A DNA stretch of 64,000 bases from positions 2,240,001-2,304,000 of the forward strand of contig OZ244653.1 in assembly GCA_965218795.1 (NCBI GenBank), given 5' to 3'. This stretch comes from a bacterium. GTDB taxonomy: Bacteria > UBA8248 > JACPRG01 > G963555815. Numbering within the stretch: the first letter of the stretch is position 1; every line of letters begins with the position of its first letter. Below, one piece after another: positions 12,562 to 22,172 of the stretch. A program made the position numbers and the translations under genes. The notes below the pieces were generated by a model. It worked only from the letters and a program-made list of their open reading frames with translations. It was not told where the DNA came from and ran no database searches.

Positions 12562-13779
12562 TCATCCGGCGCTGATTGCGCTTTTTCCTTCACGGCTCCC
12601 ACTCGAACCTCGGACAACAACGATCGACGCCAGGAACGCCACCACTCCGCTGATGATGAAGGTCGCCGGCAGTCCCAGCTCGTCCACCAGAATCCCCGAT
12701 ACCAGCGGCCCCACGGCCAGTCCAAGGGTGAGCGAGGTCGAGTACAGTCCGAGGGTTGCCCCCATCCCCATCTCCCGCCCCTGCCCGACCATGAGAGCGT
12801 ACCCCGCCGGCATATAGAATCCCTGGGCCAGACCCATCGTCCCGCATACGGCCGCGAGGGTCCAGAAACCGGGGGCCCACGTCATGGCCGACAAACAAAC
12901 AGCCAGCAGGAAGGTGCCCGCCGCCATCAGAAGCCAACGGTTGAGATGATCGGCGATATAGCCTCCCGGAGACATGATCACCGCCGTGAAGAAGGCCACC
13001 GCGCCCACGGCGATGCCGGCGTCGTACGTTGAAAGCTTGAGGGTGCCGACGGCATAGAGAGGAACGAACGCCCATGCTGTCGAAATCCCGAAGGAGACGA
13101 GAAATCGATGGCCGCAGAGTCGCCTGAGAGGCTTGCGGGAGACCATATCTTTCCAGATGGGACTGGGTTGCGCCTGAACCGTTCCGTCTCCCCTGGGCCC
13201 TCCCCCGGATGTGGCCGATTCCGGCATGAAAAACAGGATGACCAGACCGATCAACACGCCCGCCGTCGCCAGGAAATAAAACGGCGCCTCCAGAGAAAAA
13301 CGGGATTCAAGCAATCCCCCGATGAATGGGCCCAGCGCCAGCCCACCAAAAAACGAGATGTTCAGCGTTCCCATCGTGAAGGCTTCCCGACGGGAAGAGG
13401 CGAATTCTCCGAAATACGCCATCAGGACCGGAATCACCATTCCCGCCCCGATACCTTGGACCGTCCGGATGATGAGGAGCGTTATCCGATCCGACGCAAT
13501 CGTAAAACCGAAGGCCGCAACGATGAACAGAACCAGTCCCGTCAACAGAAACGGCCTTCGGCCCAGTCGGTCGGAGGCGCGTCCGCAAAGGGGCATGGCA
13601 ATCGTGCGGGCCACCATATCGACCGCGAATAATGCACCCATCCACGCACCGGAGGCGCCCGCCCGTTGAGCGAAAATCGGCAGAAGGGGCGCAATCATGA
13701 CCAAGCCAATCGTCACGATGACGTTCGTCACGAACATGATGGCGACGCCGCGAAATCGCGTCTTGGACGGGACCGTCAC
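12562..13779 (-). CDS. MFS transporter (DHA1-like)
   Basis: GRASDRLGRRPFL motif A; IRTVQGIGAG; about 12 transmembrane segments. GGGAGG RBS precedes GTG 13779. Confidence 0.88.
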   Translation of the reverse strand: MTVPSKTRFRGVAIMFVTNVIVTIGLVMIAPLLPIFAQRAGASGAWMGALFAVDMVARTIAMPLCGRASDRLGRRPFLLTGLVLFIVAAFGFTIASDRITLLIIRTVQGIGAGMVIPVLMAYFGEFASSRREAFTMGTLNISFFGGLALGPFIGGLLESRFSLEAPFYFLATAGVLIGLVILFFMPESATSGGGPRGDGTVQAQPSPIWKDMVSRKPLRRLCGHRFLVSFGISTAWAFVPLYAVGTLKLSTYDAGIAVGAVAFFTAVIMSPGGYIADHLNRWLLMAAGTFLLAVCLSAMTWAPGFWTLAAVCGTMGLAQGFYMPAGYALMVGQGREMGMGATLGLYSTSLTLGLAVGPLVSGILVDELGLPATFIISGVVAFLASIVVVRGSSGSREGKSAISAG

Positions 13780-13884
13780 AGTGAAACCTCCCCGCTTGCC
13801 GGGTGAATCAAGGCCCTTACCGGCCCCCGGCAACATCCTGCATACGCCTGTACGCCTCACGAAAAGGAATAGAAGGGGACGATT

Positions 13885-15462
13885 TTATCCTCGGGCCGAT
13901 AGGCCTTGAGGCTTCAGACCCCGTTCGACCCAAGCCAAGAGGCCGTCCACCAGCAGGGCGAGAACGGCCGCGGGTAACGCCCCCGAGAGGATTAACGCCG
14001 TATCCGTCAGCTGAAGGCCCGTCACAATCGGCTCCCCCAATCCGCCTGCGCCGATGAACGCCGCGAGCGTTGCCGTCCCGACGTTGATCACGGCCGAGGT
14101 GCGAACGCCCGCCATGATGACCGGCGCCGCCAAGGGCAGCCTCACCTTGCGCAGCACCTGACCCGGGGTCATCCCGAGCGCCAGGGCCGATTCCACGGCG
14201 GCGGGGTCGGCCGAGCGGAGCCCGGTGTAGGTGTTTCGGACAATCGGGAAAAGGGCGTAAACCCAGAGCGCCACGATGGCGGGCTTCACCCCCACTCCCA
14301 ACAACGGAATCATGAAGGCCAACAGGGCAATCGACGGAATCGTCTGGGTCAAGCCGATGCCCCGAATGACCGTTTCGGCCGACCCGCGGCGTCGTTCCAG
14401 AAGCAAACCCACCGGGATGGCAAAAAAGGCCGCCAGCAATAAGGAGGCGGACACCATTCCGAGGTGCTCCATCGTCCGGGCGCCGAGTTGGGCCCGGTCT
14501 CCCCAGAGACGGGCCTTCAGCCCCGGAGCCTGGCCGACCGCCCGGCCCGTGTCGCCCGATCCTCCAATCAGCCCCAGTGCGGCCAGGGCGTCCTCCGCCA
14601 CGCGCGGGACCGATTCTTTGGTCTCTTGAAGACGGCGGTTCCATCGTCTCATCGAATTCTCGCTGAGCAGATTGGACAGAAGCGACAGCGCCTCACCCAC
14701 CCGCGAGTATTGCCTGAGCGTCTCCTGACGAACCAGCGGGGCCGCTTCGTAGGGTGGAAAGAACCCCAGGTCGTCTTGGAGGATAACCAGTTGATTCAAA
14801 GAGATCCGCCCGTCCGTGGTGTAGACGTCGATAACGTCCAATTGGCCTCCGGCAGCGGCTTTGTATTTGATGGTTTGCTGAAGACGGCGAACCGATCCGA
14901 GCTGAAGTCCGTAGGTCTTTTTGAGCCCGGGCAGCCCGTCGGGCCGCCCTGCAAACTCATACCCGAAGCCGCCACGCAACGAATTCGCCACCTGGGCGAG
15001 ATCCGAGATGGTTCGAAGCCTGTGGGCCTCGGCGACTTCCCTCCGAACGGCTATCTCATAAGCGTTCTCGAATCCGAGCGGTGCGAGCCAGACCAGTTTC
15101 CACCGCCGAAGAAACTCCCGACGGACAAGGGCCAGAACCTCAGAGGGCGTCCCCTTCGCCGGCATCTTGAGGATGGAGACCAGGCCCGTCCCCGTATATT
15201 CCGGATAGACGTCCACCGCCCCGGATTTCACACCTTCAAAGAGAATTTGCGTTCCCGCCATGTTGAACCGGCGAGTCACGCGAAGCCCCGCTTTGACTTC
15301 GATCATCCGGGCGAACATCTCAGCGAGCAACCGGTTTTCGGCGAAGTTTTTCGAACCCACAACGATGGGTCGGCCCAGTCCCTCGACGCTCCATGGATGA
15401 AAGAGGCCCAAAAAGAGAATGGCCGACAGCAACCTGACGGATCGACGATGGACGCTCAACAC
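13885..15462 (-). CDS. Quaternary-amine (Opu/EgtU-like) ABC transporter, fused substrate-binding domain and permease
   Basis: N-terminal OpuAC-type binding domain (VGSKNFAE, YPEYTGT, GFENAY, EFAGRPDG, YTTDG, DDLGFFPPY). C-terminal permease (QTIPSIALL, ESALALGMT, GAGGLG). Confidence 0.9.
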   Translation of the reverse strand: MLSVHRRSVRLLSAILFLGLFHPWSVEGLGRPIVVGSKNFAENRLLAEMFARMIEVKAGLRVTRRFNMAGTQILFEGVKSGAVDVYPEYTGTGLVSILKMPAKGTPSEVLALVRREFLRRWKLVWLAPLGFENAYEIAVRREVAEAHRLRTISDLAQVANSLRGGFGYEFAGRPDGLPGLKKTYGLQLGSVRRLQQTIKYKAAAGGQLDVIDVYTTDGRISLNQLVILQDDLGFFPPYEAAPLVRQETLRQYSRVGEALSLLSNLLSENSMRRWNRRLQETKESVPRVAEDALAALGLIGGSGDTGRAVGQAPGLKARLWGDRAQLGARTMEHLGMVSASLLLAAFFAIPVGLLLERRRGSAETVIRGIGLTQTIPSIALLAFMIPLLGVGVKPAIVALWVYALFPIVRNTYTGLRSADPAAVESALALGMTPGQVLRKVRLPLAAPVIMAGVRTSAVINVGTATLAAFIGAGGLGEPIVTGLQLTDTALILSGALPAAVLALLVDGLLAWVERGLKPQGLSARG

Positions 15463-16262
15463 CTCTCCTCCCGCTCTTCCCCGCTACCGGCGGTCTTCAC
15501 CGTTCGATCCAGCAGTCGACGAACGTAGTCGGTGGCGGGCGCTTCGCGCAAAACCGACGGGGCGTCCACTTGGTGAATGCTCCCCTCCCGCATGACGGCA
15601 ACACGGTGAGCCAGCATGAACGCCTCCTCGATATCGTGCGTCACGAGGAGCATCGTCTTCTCCATGCTCGATCGGAGTCTGATGAATTCCTGCTGGAGGT
15701 CGGCCCGCGTGATGGGATCGAGAGCGCCAAAAGGCTCATCCAGAAGCACGATATCGGGGTCCGCAGCCAAGGCCCTGGCGATGGCAACCCGTTGCCGCTG
15801 CCCTCCCGACAGCTCCCGCGGGAAGCGGTTCTCGAATCCCGGGTCCGGAAGCCCGACAAGCTGGAGCCACTCACGCCGCTTTGCCCGACGGCGGTCGGGG
15901 TCCCAACCCAGAAGGGTGGGGACAAGGTCGATATTACGGGCGATGGTCCAATGGGGAAGGAGACCCCCCTCCTGCTGGATATATCCGATATGACGTCTGA
16001 GGCGGATAGGGTCCTGCGTCGAAACGTCCTCTCCGCGGACCCTGACGATCCCTTCAGTGGGTCCGACCAACCGATTGAACAGCTTCATCAAGGTGCTTTT
16101 ACCGGAACCACTCTCCCCTACGAGGGCGACCGTCTCCGCCTCCCCCACGACAAGACTGACGCCCCGGAGGGCCTCAACCGGACCCACGCCCCCGGACCGT
16201 CCGGCAGCCGGATAAACGACACGGACGTGATGCGCTTCCAAAATGGATTGTGTCCGGTTCAT
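15456..16262 (-). CDS. Osmoprotectant-type (OpuBA/EgtV-like) ABC ATPase
   Basis: GESGSGKST, LRRHIGYIQQ, LSGGQRQRV, LLDEPFGALDPITR, VTHD; no CBS domains. Confidence 0.92.
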   Translation of the reverse strand: MNRTQSILEAHHVRVVYPAAGRSGGVGPVEALRGVSLVVGEAETVALVGESGSGKSTLMKLFNRLVGPTEGIVRVRGEDVSTQDPIRLRRHIGYIQQEGGLLPHWTIARNIDLVPTLLGWDPDRRRAKRREWLQLVGLPDPGFENRFPRELSGGQRQRVAIARALAADPDIVLLDEPFGALDPITRADLQQEFIRLRSSMEKTMLLVTHDIEEAFMLAHRVAVMREGSIHQVDAPSVLREAPATDYVRRLLDRTVKTAGSGEEREERC

Positions 16263-16311
16263 AGACAGGCGGCGGTCCAGCCGCGCGGACTCGATGGATG
16301 CCGAGCCGGTT

Positions 16312-17637
16312 TCAGGACTTGGCGCACGTGCGTAAACCCGCGAAAACATCGCAGCGGTCCGGCGTGAAGAAGTTCCGCCATGTATTCCGAATCATTTCGC
16401 CTCGTGTCGCCCAGGCCCCGCCCCGCAACACTTTGCGGGTGTCGAACCACGGCTGCGAATAATCCTTGTAGGGATCCGGGACGAATCCGGGGAAGGGGCC
16501 GAAGGTGGTGGCCGTCCATTCCCATACGTTGCCGATCAATTGTCGACAGCCAAAAGCGCTGTCTCCCGATGCGAAAGCACCTACCTCCACACAACCCGTA
16601 TAGCGGGAATTCAGGTTGGCGTGCTTCGGCGTCAGCGGGTCATCCCCCCAAGGGAACCTTCGCTTTCGAGATGTGAACCCGGCCCCGTCCGGGGCGGGCT
16701 CCCCCGAAGCGGCCAGTTCCCACTCCGCCTCGGTCGGAAGCCGCCGATTCGCCCATTGGCAGTAGGCTTCCGCTTCAAACCAATTGACATGGATGACCGG
16801 CTGATACGGCTCCAGGAGAACCCATCGGTCAAAGTGTCTTCGTTGCCATCCGTCCGAAGCCTTTCGCCAGTACACGGGGTGTTCGGCTTGTTCCGACTCA
16901 TGCCAGAACCACCCCTCGTCGCTCCAGAATTTTCGTTCCCCGTAGCCTCCGTCATCGACGAATTCGGCGTACTCCGCGTTGATGACGGGCGCCCGCGCTA
17001 TCCGGAAGGATTCGACCTCCACCGGATAGGCCCACTTCTCATTGTCGAAAACGAACGGCATGTCAGGAGTTCCGCCGAGCATGTAAGTCCCCCCCGGCAC
17101 CTCGACGTCTCCGGGCAAGGGCCCTCCGCCAATCTCATCGATTGCCGGCGCCCCGCTCTCCTTCGAAGCCATGGGCGGCGGATATTCCAATGTCTGCCCC
17201 GTATAGGTAAACGCTTCGGCGTGCATGTATTCATGAAAGGCGACCATCCGGTAGAAATACAAATCATCTTCGCCCGGGCTTTCCTGATCGCGGATCATCT
17301 CGACAACCCGGTCCAGGACCCGCTGCATGTAGTCCAGGGTTTCCTGTTTCGACGGGAGCGGTAAATCCCATCGTGTGTCATGATGAACACCCATCGAGTC
17401 GTACAGCGCGTCGGTTTGATCGAGCAAAGGCTTTTCATTCCGCAAATGGCGCAGAATCCATCGTTCTTCGAACCAGGCGAGGTGGCCGATTTCCCATAGG
17501 AGAGGGTTAACGATACTGATTTGCGGACCGAGCATCTGTTCGTCGGTAAGCCCATCAAGCAACGCGAGGCTTTTCTCTCTGGCGTCCATCATCAGTTCGG
17601 CCAGTTCGGCCCCGTTCGGAATCTTTCGTTTTGTCAT
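16312..17637 (-). CDS. senA: Selenoneine synthase SenA (EgtB-like; DinB_2 plus FGE-sulfatase domains)
   Basis: NPLLWEIGHLAWFEE and HEYMHAE (3-His iron site), LYDS...HDTRWDL, RLPTEAEWE, GNVWEW, YKDYSQPWF, RNFFTPDR. Divergent from a senB-like gene. Confidence 0.82.
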   Translation of the reverse strand: MTKRKIPNGAELAELMMDAREKSLALLDGLTDEQMLGPQISIVNPLLWEIGHLAWFEERWILRHLRNEKPLLDQTDALYDSMGVHHDTRWDLPLPSKQETLDYMQRVLDRVVEMIRDQESPGEDDLYFYRMVAFHEYMHAEAFTYTGQTLEYPPPMASKESGAPAIDEIGGGPLPGDVEVPGGTYMLGGTPDMPFVFDNEKWAYPVEVESFRIARAPVINAEYAEFVDDGGYGERKFWSDEGWFWHESEQAEHPVYWRKASDGWQRRHFDRWVLLEPYQPVIHVNWFEAEAYCQWANRRLPTEAEWELAASGEPAPDGAGFTSRKRRFPWGDDPLTPKHANLNSRYTGCVEVGAFASGDSAFGCRQLIGNVWEWTATTFGPFPGFVPDPYKDYSQPWFDTRKVLRGGAWATRGEMIRNTWRNFFTPDRCDVFAGLRTCAKS

Positions 17638-17831
17638 GAGTCATGGTTCTCCTGTCACCAAGCGAAACCATACGAAGCCAAGTCATTTTATTAGAACGCA
17701 AACGGTGAATCCGAAAATCTGACGATGGAAAGAAGGTGACACCGGGCTCCCGCCTTGATTATAACAATCCTTCGATTGTCCGGTATCATTGAGAAACTGA
17801 ATCGACACCTAAAAACCGATAATCATTGTCT

Positions 17832-18788
17832 ATGAATATCCAGATCATCACGCCCGTTCATCCTGTTCAATGGTCCGGCAACCGGGTTACGGCGGAACGC
17901 TGGACCCGAATCCTGCGGGACTTGGGGCATCGGGTTGGAGTGAAGAACAGTTTTGACCGTTCGCCTTGTGATTTGATGATCGCCTTGCACGCACGGCGCA
18001 GCGCCAGATTTGTCCTGGATATCCATCGCCAACAGCCGGACACTCCCACCATTGTCTGCTTGACGGGCACCGACCTGTACCGCGACATCCATACCCATCG
18101 TTCGGCTCAGCGGTGCCTCGAGTTGGCCGACCGACTCATCGTCCTTCATCCGCGGGGGAGCGCCGATCTCCCCCGGCGCCTCAGACAAAAAACCCGGGTC
18201 ATCCTCCAGTCCTTGAAGCGGCCCCCTGGGTCTGAGAACCACTCAAAAGGCACGTTTGACGTCTGCGTTGTCGCCAATCTGAGACCCGTCAAAGATCCAT
18301 TTCGGACCGCCATGGCCGCTCGTATGCTGCCGAAATCATCCAAGCTCCGAGTCATCCATATCGGCGGCCCCCTGTCCGACGGCATGGCTGAAAGGGCCCA
18401 CGCCGAGATGAAGCGAAATCATCGCTATCAGTGGCTGGGCGAAAAACCCTGGGCTCAGACGCTCCGCATCATGTCCCGATGCAGGGCGCTGGTACTGACA
18501 TCGAAAATGGAGGGAGGGGCCAACGTCATCTCTGAAGCCCTTGTGGTATCGGTTCCTGTCATTTCCTCTGAAATCTCGGGTTCAATCGGGATTCTGGGAA
18601 AAGATTATCCAGGGTTTTTCCCGCCCCAGGACACACGAGCCCTGGCTACGCTCTTGAATCGCCTGGAATTCGAGCCGGGATTCACCGATCGCCTTCAGTC
18701 CATTTGTCAATCCATCGCGCCAATGTTTGAGCCCCACCGCGAAAGGACGTCATGGAAAAACCTTTTCAAGGAAATGGGCCTATCTTAA
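17832..18788 (+). CDS. senB: Selenosugar synthase SenB (TIGR04348-type GT-B glycosyltransferase)
   Basis: GNRVTAERW, IALHARRSA, LTGTDLYRD, LRPVKDP, SKMEGGANV, GILGKDYPGFF. Confidence 0.85.
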   Translation: MNIQIITPVHPVQWSGNRVTAERWTRILRDLGHRVGVKNSFDRSPCDLMIALHARRSARFVLDIHRQQPDTPTIVCLTGTDLYRDIHTHRSAQRCLELADRLIVLHPRGSADLPRRLRQKTRVILQSLKRPPGSENHSKGTFDVCVVANLRPVKDPFRTAMAARMLPKSSKLRVIHIGGPLSDGMAERAHAEMKRNHRYQWLGEKPWAQTLRIMSRCRALVLTSKMEGGANVISEALVVSVPVISSEISGSIGILGKDYPGFFPPQDTRALATLLNRLEFEPGFTDRLQSICQSIAPMFEPHRERTSWKNLFKEMGLS

Positions 18789-19221
18789 AGAGATTCGACA
18801 GGATTCTCTGCCGGTAGCCGAAGATGGCTTCCAAGTCCCGCCGAACAAACAGCCGATGCACAATCGGACCCCATCTCATGTCATCGTCGACGCGGTCGCG
18901 GACGAGGGTCCACCCCCCATCCTTTTCGGTGAAGGTGTGTTCGTGAATCCACAGCCGATAGGATCCCTTGACTTGCCCGTTCACGAACCTCCATGAGGAT
19001 CCCATACCACGATTCTGGTTCTCCATCGAATAGAGAGGCCGTGTAATCGCAGCCGATAATCAATGGAGGATCCTCTGCAAAGCTGAACGGATTGGGGAGT
19101 GAGGATCCGGAAACGGAGCCAGGGAGGGGTGATTCTCTTCAGGTTCTCCGCATCGAAAAAACGAAAAAATCTGACGCAATTCATTGGGAAACCATTGCTC
19201 GAGCTCCAGCCGATAGGCCAT
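18766..19221 (-). pseudogene. SRPBCC (START-like) family protein with two frameshifts
   Basis: Three frames join as MAYRLELEQWFP / FFDAENLKRITPPWLRFRIL...IDYRLRLHG..IRWRTRI / FVNGQVKGSYRLWIHEHTF...DLEAIFGYRQ. Confidence 0.75.
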
Positions 19222-19430
19222 TATTCTCTCTTCGGGACAGCTGAGCGAGGCGGCGTTACCGAGGAATTCCTTGCCGGAAATACTGAAATCCCATTTCGCA
19301 CTATACAAAGCAAACCGGTCGGCTATAATGTAATCAATAAAATATTGTTTGTTCCATGGCGGAGAGATTCAGGGTATTTTCCGAATCTGGATCTCCATGG
19401 AAGGGGTACTCTCATTAACGGAGTAGGACA

Positions 19431-19907
19431 TTGGAACGAGGCGTTCTGTTGGCCGTCGCTCTGCAAAGATATGCCGATCTCACCCCCCGGTCCCTGGCCG
19501 CTCGTGATATGGCGGCGGAGCTTGCGGACTATTACAAGGCACCCCTCACCGTACTGACTGTACACGTGCAGCTCGCTCTGATGCCCGAGGGAGAGGGTAC
19601 CGAGGAAAAGCTCGCCCGTTTCGTGAGGCCCCTGATTGAACAGGGCCTGCAGGTGGAGTCGATCGTTCGGGAGGGTTCCCCCCGGTCCGTCATCTCTGAA
19701 GTGGCCAAGGAGATGTCCGCGCGCGTCATCGTCATCGGCACTCACAGCAAACAGGGGCTTCTGGATACGGCGCTGGGCGGCACCGCGAAGGCCGTCATCA
19801 CCAGTGCCCCCTGCCGGGTCATCCTGGTGGCTGCGACGAAAGAAGAAGCGGAGAAAACCCGCGAGCTCATCATCCCCGAATACCCTTTCATCTTTCCGTA
19901 CGGCTAG
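19431..19907 (+). CDS. Universal stress protein (Usp)
   Basis: LTVLTV, VREGSPRSVI, IVIGTHSKQGLLDTALGGTAKAVITSAPCRVILV. Confidence 0.85.
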   Translation: MERGVLLAVALQRYADLTPRSLAARDMAAELADYYKAPLTVLTVHVQLALMPEGEGTEEKLARFVRPLIEQGLQVESIVREGSPRSVISEVAKEMSARVIVIGTHSKQGLLDTALGGTAKAVITSAPCRVILVAATKEEAEKTRELIIPEYPFIFPYG

Positions 19908-20049
19908 GCTTCAAGCAGAGAACCGACATCATTGCCGTCCCTTTCGGGGGACCTACGGCAGGTCTGGCTTTGGAAAGCCCGTCGGCGCTCCGATCATGAC
20001 CCCTCTCAGGTGAATCACGCGTGGACACCCGCCCCTGCAATTTGCCGAC

Positions 20050-20952
20050 CTAACGGGGCAATTTAAAATTCCCCAATCGCTCATACGCTTTGATCATGGC
20101 CTGGGTTCCGCGATCGCCCCCGCCCTTGTCCGTTTCGATGGCTCGAAACAACTGGATGGCCAACGATGTGCCGGGCAGCGGGAGGTTCAACCGTCTCGCC
20201 ATGTCCGAGACGACGTTCAAATCCTTTTGAATCAGTCGAATCATGAAGGCGGGATCCAAGTCCCCGTCGATCACCTTCCGTCCAAGATTTTCCAGGGCCC
20301 ATGAATTTCCGGCTCCGCCGGTGACCACTTCATGCATGAGATTCAGATCAATACCCGACCGATAGCAGAGGGAAAGAGCTTCGCTGACGGCCACTTGATT
20401 CACAGCGCACATGATCTGGTTGCAAGCCTTTACAGTCTGACCGGATCCGGCCGGTCCGACATGGGTGATCCGCTTGCCCACGGCCTCCAGTATGGGACGG
20501 CAGCGCTCGAATACAGCCGCCTCACCGCCGACCATGACCGTCAAGGTTCCTTGGATGGCGCCGATTTCCCCTCCGGACACGGGGGCATCCAACATATCGA
20601 CCCCCTTCTCCGCCAGCCTTTCCGAGAACATGCGGGTCGCATCGGGCGAGATGGTACTCATATCAATCAGGGTCTGCCCCTCCCGGGCCCCCTGGAGCAC
20701 ACCGTCCTTTCCGAACAGGACATCCTCCACATCCGGCGTATCCGTAACGATGGTGATCATCACGTCGGAGGATTTTGCAACCTCAAGCGGGGAGGATCTG
20801 GACCTCGCACCCGCTTCGACCACCTCCTTGGCCTTTTCCGGAGTCCGGTTGTAGACATCCAGAGAGAAGCCGCTCTTGAGAAGGTTAAGAGCCATCGGCC
20901 GGCCCATGATGCCGGTCCCGATGAACCCAATGCGCACGGCAGATGGTTCCAT
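20050..20952 (-). CDS. Beta-hydroxyacid dehydrogenase (GarR/MmsB family)
   Basis: IGFIGTGIMG, IDMSTI, LDAPVSGG, GSGQTVKACNQ. Confidence 0.9.
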   Translation of the reverse strand: MEPSAVRIGFIGTGIMGRPMALNLLKSGFSLDVYNRTPEKAKEVVEAGARSRSSPLEVAKSSDVMITIVTDTPDVEDVLFGKDGVLQGAREGQTLIDMSTISPDATRMFSERLAEKGVDMLDAPVSGGEIGAIQGTLTVMVGGEAAVFERCRPILEAVGKRITHVGPAGSGQTVKACNQIMCAVNQVAVSEALSLCYRSGIDLNLMHEVVTGGAGNSWALENLGRKVIDGDLDPAFMIRLIQKDLNVVSDMARRLNLPLPGTSLAIQLFRAIETDKGGGDRGTQAMIKAYERLGNFKLPR

Positions 20953-21152
20953 GAGTTTTCCTTCCTCTTCCAATCCGGCGATGTGATTCTCATCCTGACG
21001 CGATTCAGGGTATTCAATTTTCAAGTCTATGATAAACTGACAAGACTCCATCAAGGGGATGCGGAGATCCTCCAGCCGCCTTATGTCGGTAGAGCGAAAG
21101 GCTGTTCTTCCACCAAGGAAATTCATTTCCACATCCAAAGAGGGGGGTTCTG

Positions 21153-22097
21153 ATGAAGAAAAGGATTTGCTGTTATTTGCTGGCAGGTTTGCTCAGTTTC
21201 TGTCTGGCGGGCACTGCGGCGGCGAAAAAGCAGTTGTTCCTGCTGGACTGGATTCTTTACGGAAAACACGCCCCGTTTTTCGCTGCGTTGGATTTCGGGT
21301 TCTACAAGAAAAACGGCCTCGACATCTTCTATGAGCACGGCTTCGGAAGCGGGGATACTGCAAAGCGCATCGCCTCGAAGGTCGCACCTTTCGGATTTGC
21401 GGATACGGGAACCGTCGTCGCGGCGCGGGTTGCGGGGGCCAAGGTCGTCGAAGTAGGCATGATTCACGCCAAGGCGCCCTACGCGCTGTACACCCTGAAG
21501 GCGAAGGCCAATGCCGCCCGCATCATGTTTCCACCTTTCGCCCGGAAGGGCGGCCTCAACCCCTCCGCCGTGAAGTGGACCACCATGAAATACGGTGCCA
21601 CGCTTCCCAGTCTTCTGAGCGGCAGGGTTGACGGTATCGTGGACTACACCACTGGCGGCGTCACGATTATGGCCAAGGGGAAGGACGTTGGCAAGGACGT
21701 GGCGGAATTTCGCTATACCAACGTTGGATTCGACGTGTACAGCAACGGTCTGATCGTCCACGAGGACACCATCCGTGAAAACTCCGACATGGTTCGACGT
21801 TGGGTGAAGGCCAACATGGAAGCCTGGGGCTATTGTTTCATTTACACCCAGAAGTGTGTGCAGAACTTCTATCAATATGCGCCTGGGATGAGCAAAAAGC
21901 TCGTTGAGGGCCACTACGTAGAAGCGCTCAATCTCCTCATCGATGACGGCGTAAAGCGTAACGGATTGGGCTGGATGACCGAGGAGAAAATGAACGTCAC
22001 CATCGATCTCGTCACAAAGTATACGCCGCTCAAGAAGAGGATCAGCGCGAAGGATCTCTACACGAACAAGTTCCTGCCCCAGGCCGGAAAGATGTAG
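21153..22097 (+). CDS. NMT1/THI5-like ABC substrate-binding protein (orphan)
   Basis: Signal peptide; LDWILYGKHAPFFAALDFGFYKKNGLD; GSGDTAKRIA; YSNGLIV; DLYTNKFLP. Confidence 0.82.
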   Translation: MKKRICCYLLAGLLSFCLAGTAAAKKQLFLLDWILYGKHAPFFAALDFGFYKKNGLDIFYEHGFGSGDTAKRIASKVAPFGFADTGTVVAARVAGAKVVEVGMIHAKAPYALYTLKAKANAARIMFPPFARKGGLNPSAVKWTTMKYGATLPSLLSGRVDGIVDYTTGGVTIMAKGKDVGKDVAEFRYTNVGFDVYSNGLIVHEDTIRENSDMVRRWVKANMEAWGYCFIYTQKCVQNFYQYAPGMSKKLVEGHYVEALNLLIDDGVKRNGLGWMTEEKMNVTIDLVTKYTPLKKRISAKDLYTNKFLPQAGKM

Positions 22098-22172
22098 CTG
22101 TTCGACAGGTTGAGCAAAAGGACGGGGCCCGAGGGAGCCGGGCCAAGACCGGGATTTCCTCTTGTAGACGTC

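Noticed and set aside
16312-17637. Plain ergothioneine EgtB or formylglycine-generating enzyme
   Set aside because: The motifs and the adjacent SenB-type glycosyltransferase fit SenA better, and no egtA, egtC or egtD is nearby.
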